Below are positions 29,485 through 39,695 of a stretch of 64,000 nt of DNA, one piece after another. The DNA comes from a virus. Where the stretch lies: the IMG/VR virus record IMGVR_UViG_3300032241_002336, positions 17,656 through 81,655 of that record; one strand, given 5' to 3'. Within the stretch, counting starts at the first letter, position 1. Every line of letters begins with the position of its first letter. Below the pieces are notes generated by a model. That model ran no database searches. It had not been told where the DNA came from and was given only the letters and a program-made list of their open reading frames with translations. The translations under genes and the position numbers were made by a program.

Positions 29485-30387
29485 ATGTCTAAAAAAATAA
29501 CATCGGATGAATTCGTCAATAAAGCAAATGAGATTCATAATAATAAGTATGATTATAGTAAAGTAGAATATATAGATAATTATAGTAAGGTAAAGATTAT
29601 TTGTCCTATACATGGGGAGTTTGAACAAAAACCTAATAATCATTTAAAGAGAAAACAAGGTTGTGTATATTGCGGGGGAAGATATAAATTTACTATTAAT
29701 GATTTTATTTCCAAATCTTATAAAATTCATGGAAACAAATATGATTATTCTCTGGTTAATTATAGGAATGCTAGTTCAAAAATAAAAATTATTTGTCCCC
29801 TTCATGGTGAATTTGAACAAACCCCAAGTAGTCATACAGACCAACAAGCTGGTTGTCCAAAATGTTCAAAAAAATATAAATATACTAATGATGAATTTGT
29901 TAATAAAGCAAATGAGATTCATAATAATAAGTATGATTATAGTAAGGTAAAATATATAAATAATTATACTAAAATTGAGATAATATGTAAAATTCATGGG
30001 ATTTTTAGCCAAACTCCATCTAATCATTTATCTGGTAAGGGTTGTCAGGATTGTAGTAATTCAAAAAATGAAAATTTAATTAGTTTATTTTTGGATAAAG
30101 AAAAAATAAATTATGCTACGCAGCATAAATTTAATGATTGTATGAATATTAGGAAATTACCATTTGATTTTTATATACCAAAATATAATACTTGTATTGA
30201 ATTCAATGGAAAACAGCATTACGAACCAATAGATTTTTTTGGGGGGATCAGGGGATTTGAAAAACAGAAAAAAAGAGACAAGATAAAAATAAAATATTGT
30301 TTAGATAATAATATAAAATTAATAACAATTAAATATAACGAAAATATTTCAGAAATATTATCAAAACTAGTTTTATTGTGGGATTAA
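29485..30387 (+). CDS. Free-standing putative homing endonuclease: three zinc-binding repeats plus a PD-(D/E)XK/Vsr-like domain
   Basis: Three KYDYS.V.Y.....KI.IICP.HG.F.Q.P..H....GC..C repeats; LPFDFYIP..CIEFNGKQHY..KRDKIK; antisense within the structural operon. Confidence 0.85.
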   Translation: MSKKITSDEFVNKANEIHNNKYDYSKVEYIDNYSKVKIICPIHGEFEQKPNNHLKRKQGCVYCGGRYKFTINDFISKSYKIHGNKYDYSLVNYRNASSKIKIICPLHGEFEQTPSSHTDQQAGCPKCSKKYKYTNDEFVNKANEIHNNKYDYSKVKYINNYTKIEIICKIHGIFSQTPSNHLSGKGCQDCSNSKNENLISLFLDKEKINYATQHKFNDCMNIRKLPFDFYIPKYNTCIEFNGKQHYEPIDFFGGIRGFEKQKKRDKIKIKYCLDNNIKLITIKYNENISEILSKLVLLWD

Positions 30388-31206
30388 CTTAAAATAACCC
30401 TTTCCATATTTTGTTAATTCATCTAAATTTGTTATTTCTGACAATTTAAGATGACTTTCAAATACGCTTAAAATTCCTCTATCTATAAAAATATCACTTT
30501 TGACTTCTGGTTGAGAAATAATCCCTAATAAATATTCTTCTTTTGTCATCGCTGATAAAGAAATATTTGTCATATTAAATCCCTGACTTATATATGAAAA
30601 ATTTGTAACAATAGTTGATGTAAAATCTTGAAAAAATAAGCCGTTTTTCTGGTTTATTGTTCCAATATTTATATCATTTTTATCAGCATCAAATACATAA
30701 CTTATTGGTTCAATTAATTGTGTAACTCTATTTACGCCATTTACAGTATTACCCTGAAAATCAATATATGTATCAGTACTTGTATCGAAATTTAATGTAT
30801 ATTGTCCATTATTAATATATGATTGATTATCCTGTAATCTCGAATCACTTGTTCCAGTAACAATAATATTTGGATATTGATAATAAGCTGATACAGTTTG
30901 TCCTGTTACTCTTGTATCAATATTAACCATAGTTTGAGCACTTATAGGCATTTTTCCAAACATAAATGGAAATGTTATACCACTGGCTGATAGTTTTTCA
31001 ATTAAAATTGTATAATCAGGTGGTTGACTTATGCCAATAGTAGATGGTATATAATAGGTATCCGTAAAAATGCCTAAATCCTCAATATTTTTGGTTAAAT
31101 AAATGTTTACATAAAAAGTACTAGCCGTTAAAGTACCATAAGTTGGGCTATAATCATTCCTATCAATAAAAGGCTCAAGTGATATAGTTTTTTTTATAAT
31201 TTTCAT
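30373..31206 (-). CDS. Putative virion structural protein
   Basis: 277-aa ORF coupled to the upstream genes; 3' end duplicated at 29314..29433. Confidence 0.7.
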   Translation of the reverse strand: MKIIKKTISLEPFIDRNDYSPTYGTLTASTFYVNIYLTKNIEDLGIFTDTYYIPSTIGISQPPDYTILIEKLSASGITFPFMFGKMPISAQTMVNIDTRVTGQTVSAYYQYPNIIVTGTSDSRLQDNQSYINNGQYTLNFDTSTDTYIDFQGNTVNGVNRVTQLIEPISYVFDADKNDINIGTINQKNGLFFQDFTSTIVTNFSYISQGFNMTNISLSAMTKEEYLLGIISQPEVKSDIFIDRGILSVFESHLKLSEITNLDELTKYGKGYFKLIPQ

Positions 31207-32060
31207 TATAATGTCTGTATTTGATATAAATTAACAAAAACATTTGTATTATTTTGATTTTGGACATAACTTACATTAGTTGAATAAGTATTATCTATTT
31301 TGTAATAATATCCATTTGTGTTCTTATATAATGTATATTTTGTATATAATTTATTTACCAATGTATCTATACTATATACATTTGAATCTGTCATTAACTT
31401 TGTTACAGAACCATTTTTAGCATTATAATAAGAAGCATTCATATATAAATTTTTTGGCGTTTCTATGGAAACAGAATTTTTATAATCATAAATATAATAA
31501 CCCTCATAAAATGCTTTTGATATTAATAATGGATTAGATAATACAAAATCAACTGGAACTTGATTTGCTGGTTTTGATTCCCCCTTTAAATAATGAACAC
31601 CATTTAAGACACCTCCCTGTTGATATAAATCATCCTGTGTCAACATACTATATATGTTAATCTGTGTCACTAAATTCTGTGTTAGATTATTATCGGAATC
31701 ATAAAAATTTAACTCTAAATAACTCTGAGTAAAATAATTTGTTTCAGTCTGTAAATCAGTATCTGTCATTCCAATATCTGAATACATTGTAGTAATTGGA
31801 AAACTTCCATTAACTAAAAAAGATAAATTGTAATTTACATTAATTATTAAATTACCATTCATATTTACTGGTGTATATCTTACCTTTTCATAATCCAATA
31901 TTGGATTTATTGCATTGGCTACCTCAACATTTACAAAATTAGTCTGTATTATGTCAGCATTATCAACCATTTGATAATTCATGTTTATTGGTATATTAAT
32001 AGTACTAGCTGTAGTACCACTTAATAGTGTAAATGGATTTATATAATATTTAACAAACAT
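31206..32060 (-). CDS. Putative virion structural protein
   Basis: 284-aa N/Y/T-rich ORF overlapping both neighbours. Confidence 0.65.
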   Translation of the reverse strand: MFVKYYINPFTLLSGTTASTINIPINMNYQMVDNADIIQTNFVNVEVANAINPILDYEKVRYTPVNMNGNLIINVNYNLSFLVNGSFPITTMYSDIGMTDTDLQTETNYFTQSYLELNFYDSDNNLTQNLVTQINIYSMLTQDDLYQQGGVLNGVHYLKGESKPANQVPVDFVLSNPLLISKAFYEGYYIYDYKNSVSIETPKNLYMNASYYNAKNGSVTKLMTDSNVYSIDTLVNKLYTKYTLYKNTNGYYYKIDNTYSTNVSYVQNQNNTNVFVNLYQIQTL

Positions 32061-33777
32061 TATTTACTTTATTTACTTTAAAATTATTGCTCATTGGATC
32101 ACCCAATGGATCTGCTGGAAATCCATAAAAATATAGATTCCAATTATCAAATGGATCTTGTCTTCTGACATTAAAACAATAGTTTTGATATAGATAATGA
32201 CATCCATTTAAAAACGGATAATCGGCCATTCCATACTTTATATCCGATTGACCAATATCCAAAAGACTTCTCCATAAATAAGTTCCATCACCCAAATTAG
32301 TAGCATAATCTGGTATATCTATAGTATTTAAATCACCCTGTTCTATATAACTTGAAAAAATTCTTATTGTCATTAGATTATGTGCTTTATAATAATAACC
32401 CTCTGGTCTCGGACCAGCTACAATAGAATCACCAGTAGTCTCTCTATTAATTGTATTAAACCTATGATATACATCTGATAATGAAATCTCTTGAACTGTC
32501 ATAATATTATATTCAACTACATCGCCATAAAAATATGAATTATTTATAGTTACATTTGTTTCTAATGGCGTAAACGTCTCACTAGGTGCACTGAGTACAT
32601 TATGTATTTTTTGTATTACTGGAATATTTTTTAAATATGTAAGTGTATTTCCATTATTTAATGTAGGAATAAATGGTGATTCTATTCCAGATGATATTTC
32701 TGAAAATATATTATTACTATCTGTTTTAATAGTAGTTAAATATAATTGACTCAATGGTCTACCTAAATTATCAACTAAATCGCTGACATCAATATCTTTA
32801 TTAAAAAGAAATTGCGTTATATCATCAGTAAAAATATTTTCTGAAAATCCTAATTTATATATTTCATAATCATTTGGTCCTAATACAGATGTCTCAGTAG
32901 TTTTAATTGGTTTGAATAGTCTAAAATAATATTTTGATGGAACCCCATTATATAATTTAATCATTCTTGAATTATCTCCAATTGATAATGTAGTTATATC
33001 TAAATTTATACAGAAATAATTATTCTGTAGACTTCCATCATCCAATCCAAGTCTTTTTATATCATAAGTCCCATCCATGTTTGTACCCGTGAGTATTATA
33101 CTATCACCGACATTGAGATTATGATTAACAGCTACGCTTAATGCTGTCATATTTTTACCACCAATAATTACTGAATTAGAATCCACAATTAATAAACCAT
33201 TATTAATCATTGGATGTTTTGTATCTGCACTAAATGGATAAGTAATTGTTATCTCCCAATTTTTTGTTGGTAAATTATTTTGATTTAAATTTGTTATATC
33301 TGGAATAAAAGAAAATCTTTCTCTTTTAGGCTCCATGTCAAAATAATTACATAATGAAGCATTTGTCAATACAGGATCAAAATATCCAAACCATCCATCT
33401 ATTTCCTTTAAATGATTTTGTATGCTCTGTGCAAAAGTATATGGAACTAGATTATTATTATAGCCAGTATCTGTAAATAATGGCGTACTTAATGATTTCC
33501 AAGAATATTCTATATCAGTTGTATTAAATAATGGATTACTTGTAATTGGATTTATAGTACCGAGTATTCTATAATAAGTACTATTTTGCCTTTCAGTATT
33601 AAATTGTTTATTTACATCAAGCATATAAGCATTATCATCAGAAGGCAAAAGTTTTCTACTACTTGTAATTTCAAAATTTGTATACAACTTCGGACTTGTA
33701 GCCTGTTTTGATGTACTTGATATTAATATTTGTCTTATTCTATTATCCATAATTATAATTGAGCTGTTGCAGTACAA
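32050..33777 (-). CDS. Putative virion structural protein
   Basis: 575-aa ORF; true start probably the Met at 33750 (MDNRIRQ). Confidence 0.65.
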   Translation of the reverse strand: MYCNSSIIIMDNRIRQILISSTSKQATSPKLYTNFEITSSRKLLPSDDNAYMLDVNKQFNTERQNSTYYRILGTINPITSNPLFNTTDIEYSWKSLSTPLFTDTGYNNNLVPYTFAQSIQNHLKEIDGWFGYFDPVLTNASLCNYFDMEPKRERFSFIPDITNLNQNNLPTKNWEITITYPFSADTKHPMINNGLLIVDSNSVIIGGKNMTALSVAVNHNLNVGDSIILTGTNMDGTYDIKRLGLDDGSLQNNYFCINLDITTLSIGDNSRMIKLYNGVPSKYYFRLFKPIKTTETSVLGPNDYEIYKLGFSENIFTDDITQFLFNKDIDVSDLVDNLGRPLSQLYLTTIKTDSNNIFSEISSGIESPFIPTLNNGNTLTYLKNIPVIQKIHNVLSAPSETFTPLETNVTINNSYFYGDVVEYNIMTVQEISLSDVYHRFNTINRETTGDSIVAGPRPEGYYYKAHNLMTIRIFSSYIEQGDLNTIDIPDYATNLGDGTYLWRSLLDIGQSDIKYGMADYPFLNGCHYLYQNYCFNVRRQDPFDNWNLYFYGFPADPLGDPMSNNFKVNKVNNVC

Positions 33778-36700
33778 GCAACACTATCTGTTACTGTTGC
33801 TGTTATTAGATCACTACTTGGTGCTGTATAGGTATTAGTGCTATTAGTATCAACTGGTGAATAAATATATGGTGGTTGACCACCAGTTGCTGTATATGTT
33901 ATTACATTATTACTATCTCTAACACCACTTAATGTTAATGTAGCTGGTTGAGATACAACCACGGTTGCCGTAGTTTTCTGTCCATTGCTATCTGTAGCTG
34001 TCAATGTATATGTATCAGAACATAAATCATTAAATTGCATATTATTATATGAATATGTTTGATTATAACCCATAGTACCAACTAAATTAACATTATATGG
34101 CGGATAACCACCAGATATAATAGGATTAATACTTGTAGAACAATCAGTTGTTGAACAGGGAGCGTATTTTGGTAATATTGGCTGTGTTATTAATATTGGT
34201 GCTACTGTAGTTACATTCAATGTCGTAATACATTTATTTACTGGATTGCTACTGTCTGATGCTGTAATTACATATGTACCAACTCCAATATTGTTTATTG
34301 GTGAGTCGCTTAAAGAAGCATTAGTCAAATTAATATTTGTATTTGGACCACTTATATTTATACTATATGGATGGATACCTCCTAATAAATATTGTATGTT
34401 TATACTACCATTATTAGAAGTTGTTGTAGTTGGTGGATTTAATATTGAAAATGAGCATGTAAATGGCTGAGGACCAAATAAACTAACTTCTCTAATCATT
34501 ACAGTATTCAAAGCATCTGTAGCAGTAATTATATAGGGCTGTGTACTCGCTGGTAATCCAGTTATAGATCCAGAAGTATTTGTTGTTAATAAGCCACTAT
34601 TATAATTTATATTTGTTATAGTATATCTATATGGTGGTGTTCCACCCAAAAATGTAAATGATATACTACCATCCGTTGATGTCGTAGTAGTAGCATTTGT
34701 AACAGACACGATAATGTCAAATTCGTCTTTTACTTGATTAATACATGTAGTAAAGAAATTTTTTCTAAATAAATCTAATGCTGTATTATTTGGTACTATA
34801 CCAAAATAAAAATAATATGAATTACCTTTAGCTTGGGATGAAAAATCTAAACCAATATTACTATTATTTGAAAAATTTCTATAGAGTTTATAAGCATTTC
34901 CATCATTAAAATCTGGCGTTCCAACGTAATCTTGACCAGTTATACCAAATGACGTTCCATTTGCTATTGAATTTAATTGGGTTAAATTATTTGATGGATA
35001 TGTCTCTTGTGAGCCATTTATATTCAATAAATATAATGAATCTCTTAAATACTTATTTATACTAGTCTGTGTATCTATAGTATTAGTCTGTTCATAAATT
35101 TGATTTATTGAAACGGCATATGGTGGTGTGCTAGTACCTGTAGCTGAAGGTAAATCAACACCTATTTCTGAGAGTCTTCTTATATTTAAACATTTTTGTT
35201 CATTGGCACCTATACCAGCACAATCTATTGTGAAAAATAAACCAGTATATTGTCCTGATATATCAAAAATTCCAGTAACCGTTTCACCAATTGGTATTCC
35301 ATTAGACATATCCACTGGTTCTTGGATTAGTGGTGGCATTTTAAAAGATGAATTAGTTAAATATTGTATAATTTGTGGATATCCCTGCCAATCACAACTT
35401 AATATAGAACCTAAGTTAACTATATCTGTCGCAAATAGTTTATTATTATTATTATTTAATGTTAATGGTGGGTAGTATAAAATTTTATTATATTGAACTA
35501 ATAATCCATTTAACATGCTATCATAAAAAGAATCTGAAGTACTAGTATTACTTACATTTGAATTAGTACTATCATGTAATTGTATTGTATGACATTCGTT
35601 ATATGATGTTCCAGATATTCCATCTAATGGGCTAATTTCTTTACAATATGTTTCACAAAATCTTTCACTGCCACTAGCTTTTTTCTTATATTTTAATAGA
35701 TAATAATATAATGATCCATTAACCCAATCATTATAAAAATCAAATTGAAATATATCTAAATCTTGTGCTAAAATAGTTGCAATGCATGTATCAAAGTTTT
35801 TAGCCGTTTGTCCACAACCAGGCGTATAATCTTGTCCATTACAATTTAATTTAATCGGATTTATCCATCCAAATGGATGAACACCCAGAATAGATACGCA
35901 TACAATAGAATTTATAACACTAACAATAGCGGATATTATAGTTATTATTAAACATATTACCGTAAATAATATATTTTTTTGTGAATAAAATCTATTATAA
36001 GGAAAAGGATTTTTATTACCGACACATCCATCAACATCTTTTATACCTGTAAAATTGGTATTTGTTTGTCCAACACCACCTGAGGCTATTAATTCAGCTT
36101 TATTTATTATATTACCGACATTTGTTTCGGTTCTAGGAATAAAATTTTTAATTGTATATATTTTATTCCAATATAAATCAGTAAAACTATTATCATTTGT
36201 GGTTGAATCAAAATTGAAATCAATATCAGATATGGTATTTGGATTATGAGGCACTAAATATTTTCCATGTGTTCTTATTCTGCCTATATCAGATTCTTCA
36301 TCCATACTTATCCTAAATCTAACTCTAGACCTTGTTGGTATGCCTTTAGTTGTGTCTTTTGATGGTATTAATTCACCAGTCTCACTCGTTACTACATAAT
36401 CGAGATTCATTGGTATTTGATAAGCCCAATTTCCATTATCATCAATAACTCTACCGCCATTTACATTAAAACTTTCTATTTGATTGTTTAATGTTTTTCT
36501 AATCATTTCAATTGTTCCTTGTCCAGTTTCTTGTTCACAGAGTACGCCTAATTTTTTTCTCGGTATACAATTTTTATTTACGCTATTTTTTTTGCTATCG
36601 CCAAAAAGACTTCCAATGAATATTGCAGAAGGGGTTAAACTATAATTTAAATTTATTTCAACTCTATTTATTCCTATTTGGCAATTATCAGTATCTCCCC

Positions 36701-37376
36701 AGAATGGTAATACATTTACAGATACATTTGCTGATTTAATTTGAACTAAAGAATCTAAATTTGTCCCACCTTTAAACTTTGTTGAACTATAGAAAAATTC
36801 TTTTGGTGTACCTTGGCTTATTAAATCATATGGTTTCTGAGACGCAATACCAATATCTGATATATCCGCATCTACATGCAGTGTATATGTACCAAGTGGT
36901 ATCCCAAAAAGCATAAAATCACCAGCATAATTTGTTGTTGTAGTAAATTTATAATACTTACAGTATACATAAAGCATTTCATCATTATCCAATACCTCTC
37001 TTTTACTTGGAAATGTTCCGACTGGGGTATAACAGGGATTTTGATTATCTGGCTCAGATTTTAATAGGTTATATCTTATGCCATTACTATTTGTATCTGT
37101 TACAGTCTCAAATGGATAAAGACCGTATATTTGTGGGTTGGCTTTATCAACGTCATCAACTGGTATAAAAACGCTTACTTTAGCATTTGGTATACCAAAC
37201 CCATTATTAACTAATACACGACCAACAACAACACCATAATCAGAACAAAAATTTCGATAAGCATTTTCCTGACTTATATTTAAAGATAAAATTTTAATAA
37301 AATCAAAATCCTGTTCAATTTTAAAATTAATATACTGTGTTCCTTGATTTGCTGGTATTCTTATACTATCTGACAT
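33753..37376 (-). CDS. Baseplate-region protein with carboxypeptidase-regulatory-like N-terminal beta domain, hydrophobic segment and C-terminal SprB-like repeats
   Basis: VVGRV..GIPNAKVSVF..TTNYAGDFMLFGIPLGTYTLHVD; central hydrophobic stretch; 3-4 GG.PPY.Y..Y..TATD repeats. Confidence 0.65.
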   Translation of the reverse strand: MSDSIRIPANQGTQYINFKIEQDFDFIKILSLNISQENAYRNFCSDYGVVVGRVLVNNGFGIPNAKVSVFIPVDDVDKANPQIYGLYPFETVTDTNSNGIRYNLLKSEPDNQNPCYTPVGTFPSKREVLDNDEMLYVYCKYYKFTTTTNYAGDFMLFGIPLGTYTLHVDADISDIGIASQKPYDLISQGTPKEFFYSSTKFKGGTNLDSLVQIKSANVSVNVLPFWGDTDNCQIGINRVEINLNYSLTPSAIFIGSLFGDSKKNSVNKNCIPRKKLGVLCEQETGQGTIEMIRKTLNNQIESFNVNGGRVIDDNGNWAYQIPMNLDYVVTSETGELIPSKDTTKGIPTRSRVRFRISMDEESDIGRIRTHGKYLVPHNPNTISDIDFNFDSTTNDNSFTDLYWNKIYTIKNFIPRTETNVGNIINKAELIASGGVGQTNTNFTGIKDVDGCVGNKNPFPYNRFYSQKNILFTVICLIITIISAIVSVINSIVCVSILGVHPFGWINPIKLNCNGQDYTPGCGQTAKNFDTCIATILAQDLDIFQFDFYNDWVNGSLYYYLLKYKKKASGSERFCETYCKEISPLDGISGTSYNECHTIQLHDSTNSNVSNTSTSDSFYDSMLNGLLVQYNKILYYPPLTLNNNNNKLFATDIVNLGSILSCDWQGYPQIIQYLTNSSFKMPPLIQEPVDMSNGIPIGETVTGIFDISGQYTGLFFTIDCAGIGANEQKCLNIRRLSEIGVDLPSATGTSTPPYAVSINQIYEQTNTIDTQTSINKYLRDSLYLLNINGSQETYPSNNLTQLNSIANGTSFGITGQDYVGTPDFNDGNAYKLYRNFSNNSNIGLDFSSQAKGNSYYFYFGIVPNNTALDLFRKNFFTTCINQVKDEFDIIVSVTNATTTTSTDGSISFTFLGGTPPYRYTITNINYNSGLLTTNTSGSITGLPASTQPYIITATDALNTVMIREVSLFGPQPFTCSFSILNPPTTTTSNNGSINIQYLLGGIHPYSINISGPNTNINLTNASLSDSPINNIGVGTYVITASDSSNPVNKCITTLNVTTVAPILITQPILPKYAPCSTTDCSTSINPIISGGYPPYNVNLVGTMGYNQTYSYNNMQFNDLCSDTYTLTATDSNGQKTTATVVVSQPATLTLSGVRDSNNVITYTATGGQPPYIYSPVDTNSTNTYTAPSSDLITATVTDSVACTATAQL

Positions 37377-37717
37377 TAATCTATTTTAACTATATCATAC
37401 TTATTGACCAATTCATAATCATCCTCATTAAATTCTTCATCAATTGGTTCTTCTAATTCTTCTTCTTTTGGAAATATTTTCCTACCAATATATAATAACA
37501 ATGGTGAGATATCAACTCCTTCTGATAATACAATAACTTTAAATAATATAACTACCAATATGGGTATTATAAGTGGTGTTAAAATAATTGATAATAATAA
37601 AAAAATAAAAAACTTTACAGTATAAAGTTTAATTTTTTGAGATGAGGTAAGAGGCTCATCAATTTTAGATATAATATCTTCGTATGAAGATTTTTTTTTG
37701 CAACTATTACAAGACAT
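37376..37717 (-). CDS. Small membrane protein
   Basis: MSCNSCKKK, ~30-aa hydrophobic segment, acidic tail. Confidence 0.6.
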   Translation of the reverse strand: MSCNSCKKKSSYEDIISKIDEPLTSSQKIKLYTVKFFIFLLLSIILTPLIIPILVVILFKVIVLSEGVDISPLLLYIGRKIFPKEEELEEPIDEEFNEDDYELVNKYDIVKID

Positions 37718-37760
37718 AATTTTTTTATTTAAAATACTATTTTTTTATAAAAAGAAAACA

Positions 37761-39581
37761 TTATGCGGTTTTGGTACGAACTATTATGTCTGTATTTGGA
37801 AATTTTACCTCATACATGGTTTCAGGCTCTCCATATAATGTATATGCATCAGAAATATCAATTTGCATTGTTGATGCATCAATATATGGCTGTGTTATTT
37901 GATTTATTGAATAAACACCACCAACCATATTATATACTCTTATTTCAATTGTATTTAAAACACCATTAACACTATTAATTGTTTGATATAAACCGCCTAA
38001 ATAAATATTTTCACCCATATCAAAATTATTCACACTCATATGGCTAGTTATATCATTGACTACTTGGCTTATAATTTGTGATTGAGAATAATTATGATCT
38101 ACAAGTAAATCAACTTGAAATGATATATTAACTATTCTAGCATCTAATACTTCTATATAATCATTCATCATTCTATAATTAGACAAGTAAGTCGCTATAT
38201 TCTGTTGAAGTGTCGTATTTGAAGTATTATTTAATGTTCCGTCAGCATTAAGTCCTAATATATATACTTGAATTTTATTCTGATTTTCCTGAACACCGAC
38301 TCTAAATGGTATGCCATATTGACCTGGCATGTTGTTAATAATTGTCTGATAATCTTTAATTGTAACAGCTCTATTCTGAGCAGAAAAATTATATCTAATA
38401 TAATTTCTTATTTCTTCAATCGAAGGCGCATTTTTACCGCCTAAAGCAGGAATTGGATTATTAACAGTTAAGGAAGACTTGACGGAATTATTTGTAGCTG
38501 TATTACCACCATTAACAAGAATATTTGCTAAACCAACGCTATTTATGACTCCTTGTCCTATATTTGAAGATATACCACCACCTACTCTATATTTAACAAA
38601 TAATGTATTATTTGGTGATAATGTATAACCTAATGATAAATTATTTATAAAATCACCGATTTGATTAATTAAATTAGGATTAATTCCATAATTTGTTAAT
38701 GAACTAATATCCTGTGTACCACCGCCAAATATTAATTTTAAAAATCCTTTATCCGTATATTCTGTTATAAATTTATTGTTAACCGTAATGTACTTACCTG
38801 CTACAATACTAGGATTACTTGAAAATGAGTTATAATCAGGTACAAATACTAAATTTTCTGCTAATGCATCTACTCGATACCATTGATATGTTTCATCTAA
38901 AAATTGAGCATAAGTTGGATCTGCATTGTAATTTGTTCCTGGCAACAGTATAACGGATTCTATTGATAAAACGTTATTATCTGGTAAAACAACTTCTAAA
39001 AATGGAACTATATCAGCAGTAGTAATAACTCTACTATATGTTTTACTATATCCATTTGTTACAATTTCCCTCTTTGTAAGTGTATAATTAATTAGATTAC
39101 CATTGCTATCAAAATTTGGAATAATGAGCCTATTTGGTATACCACCAGCGCTAAATGGCTGGGAAAAATCAATATCATCTGTAGTCTCAAATACTTGACC
39201 ACTGCCATTTACTTGAGCACCAGCTTGAATAATTGGCGCATAAGAAATATCAAAACTACTTCCATAAACTGGTACTGTTACTGAAAAATCAACAATTGTG
39301 GCTGAAGCTCTATTACCAGCTACATTTAAGCCAAAAGTCCTTGCTAACGCCATTAATGAACTTCTTTGTTGAGCATAATCAATCTGAGTCTCTTGGAACA
39401 TCCTGTCAGTATTGAAAGAAATCATATCACCTACAGCCGCATTTAATTCTAGCAACATCATACCAACAGAGGAATCATTAAAATCGTTGAATATTGAAGG
39501 ATAGTATTGTTTTACATAATTTATTAGATCGGTTCTAATGTCGGAAAAATTTCTTGAAGTATAGTTTACATATTGTGCCAT
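37761..39581 (-). CDS. Baseplate wedge subunit (T4 gp6/BaseplateJ-like)
   Basis: NYTSRNFSDIRTDLI..GMMLLELNAAVGD, FGGG, YRVGGG..SN, GG..SIEEIR..FSAQNRAVTIKDY. Confidence 0.88.
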   Translation of the reverse strand: MAQYVNYTSRNFSDIRTDLINYVKQYYPSIFNDFNDSSVGMMLLELNAAVGDMISFNTDRMFQETQIDYAQQRSSLMALARTFGLNVAGNRASATIVDFSVTVPVYGSSFDISYAPIIQAGAQVNGSGQVFETTDDIDFSQPFSAGGIPNRLIIPNFDSNGNLINYTLTKREIVTNGYSKTYSRVITTADIVPFLEVVLPDNNVLSIESVILLPGTNYNADPTYAQFLDETYQWYRVDALAENLVFVPDYNSFSSNPSIVAGKYITVNNKFITEYTDKGFLKLIFGGGTQDISSLTNYGINPNLINQIGDFINNLSLGYTLSPNNTLFVKYRVGGGISSNIGQGVINSVGLANILVNGGNTATNNSVKSSLTVNNPIPALGGKNAPSIEEIRNYIRYNFSAQNRAVTIKDYQTIINNMPGQYGIPFRVGVQENQNKIQVYILGLNADGTLNNTSNTTLQQNIATYLSNYRMMNDYIEVLDARIVNISFQVDLLVDHNYSQSQIISQVVNDITSHMSVNNFDMGENIYLGGLYQTINSVNGVLNTIEIRVYNMVGGVYSINQITQPYIDASTMQIDISDAYTLYGEPETMYEVKFPNTDIIVRTKTA

Positions 39582-39695
39582 CTTTTTTTTATTATAAATA
39601 TTAAGATAAAATTTTTATAGTTAAATGGTTAATAATTAAAATATTTTATGTATATTTGTATTTATTAATATAATTATAGTGAAACATCTACTGGT

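Noticed and set aside
39600-39695. Relic of the gp25 3' end beside the second endonuclease, analogous to 29314..29433
   Set aside because: Only a weak, frameshifted IIN-like resemblance in AT-rich DNA; not supportable
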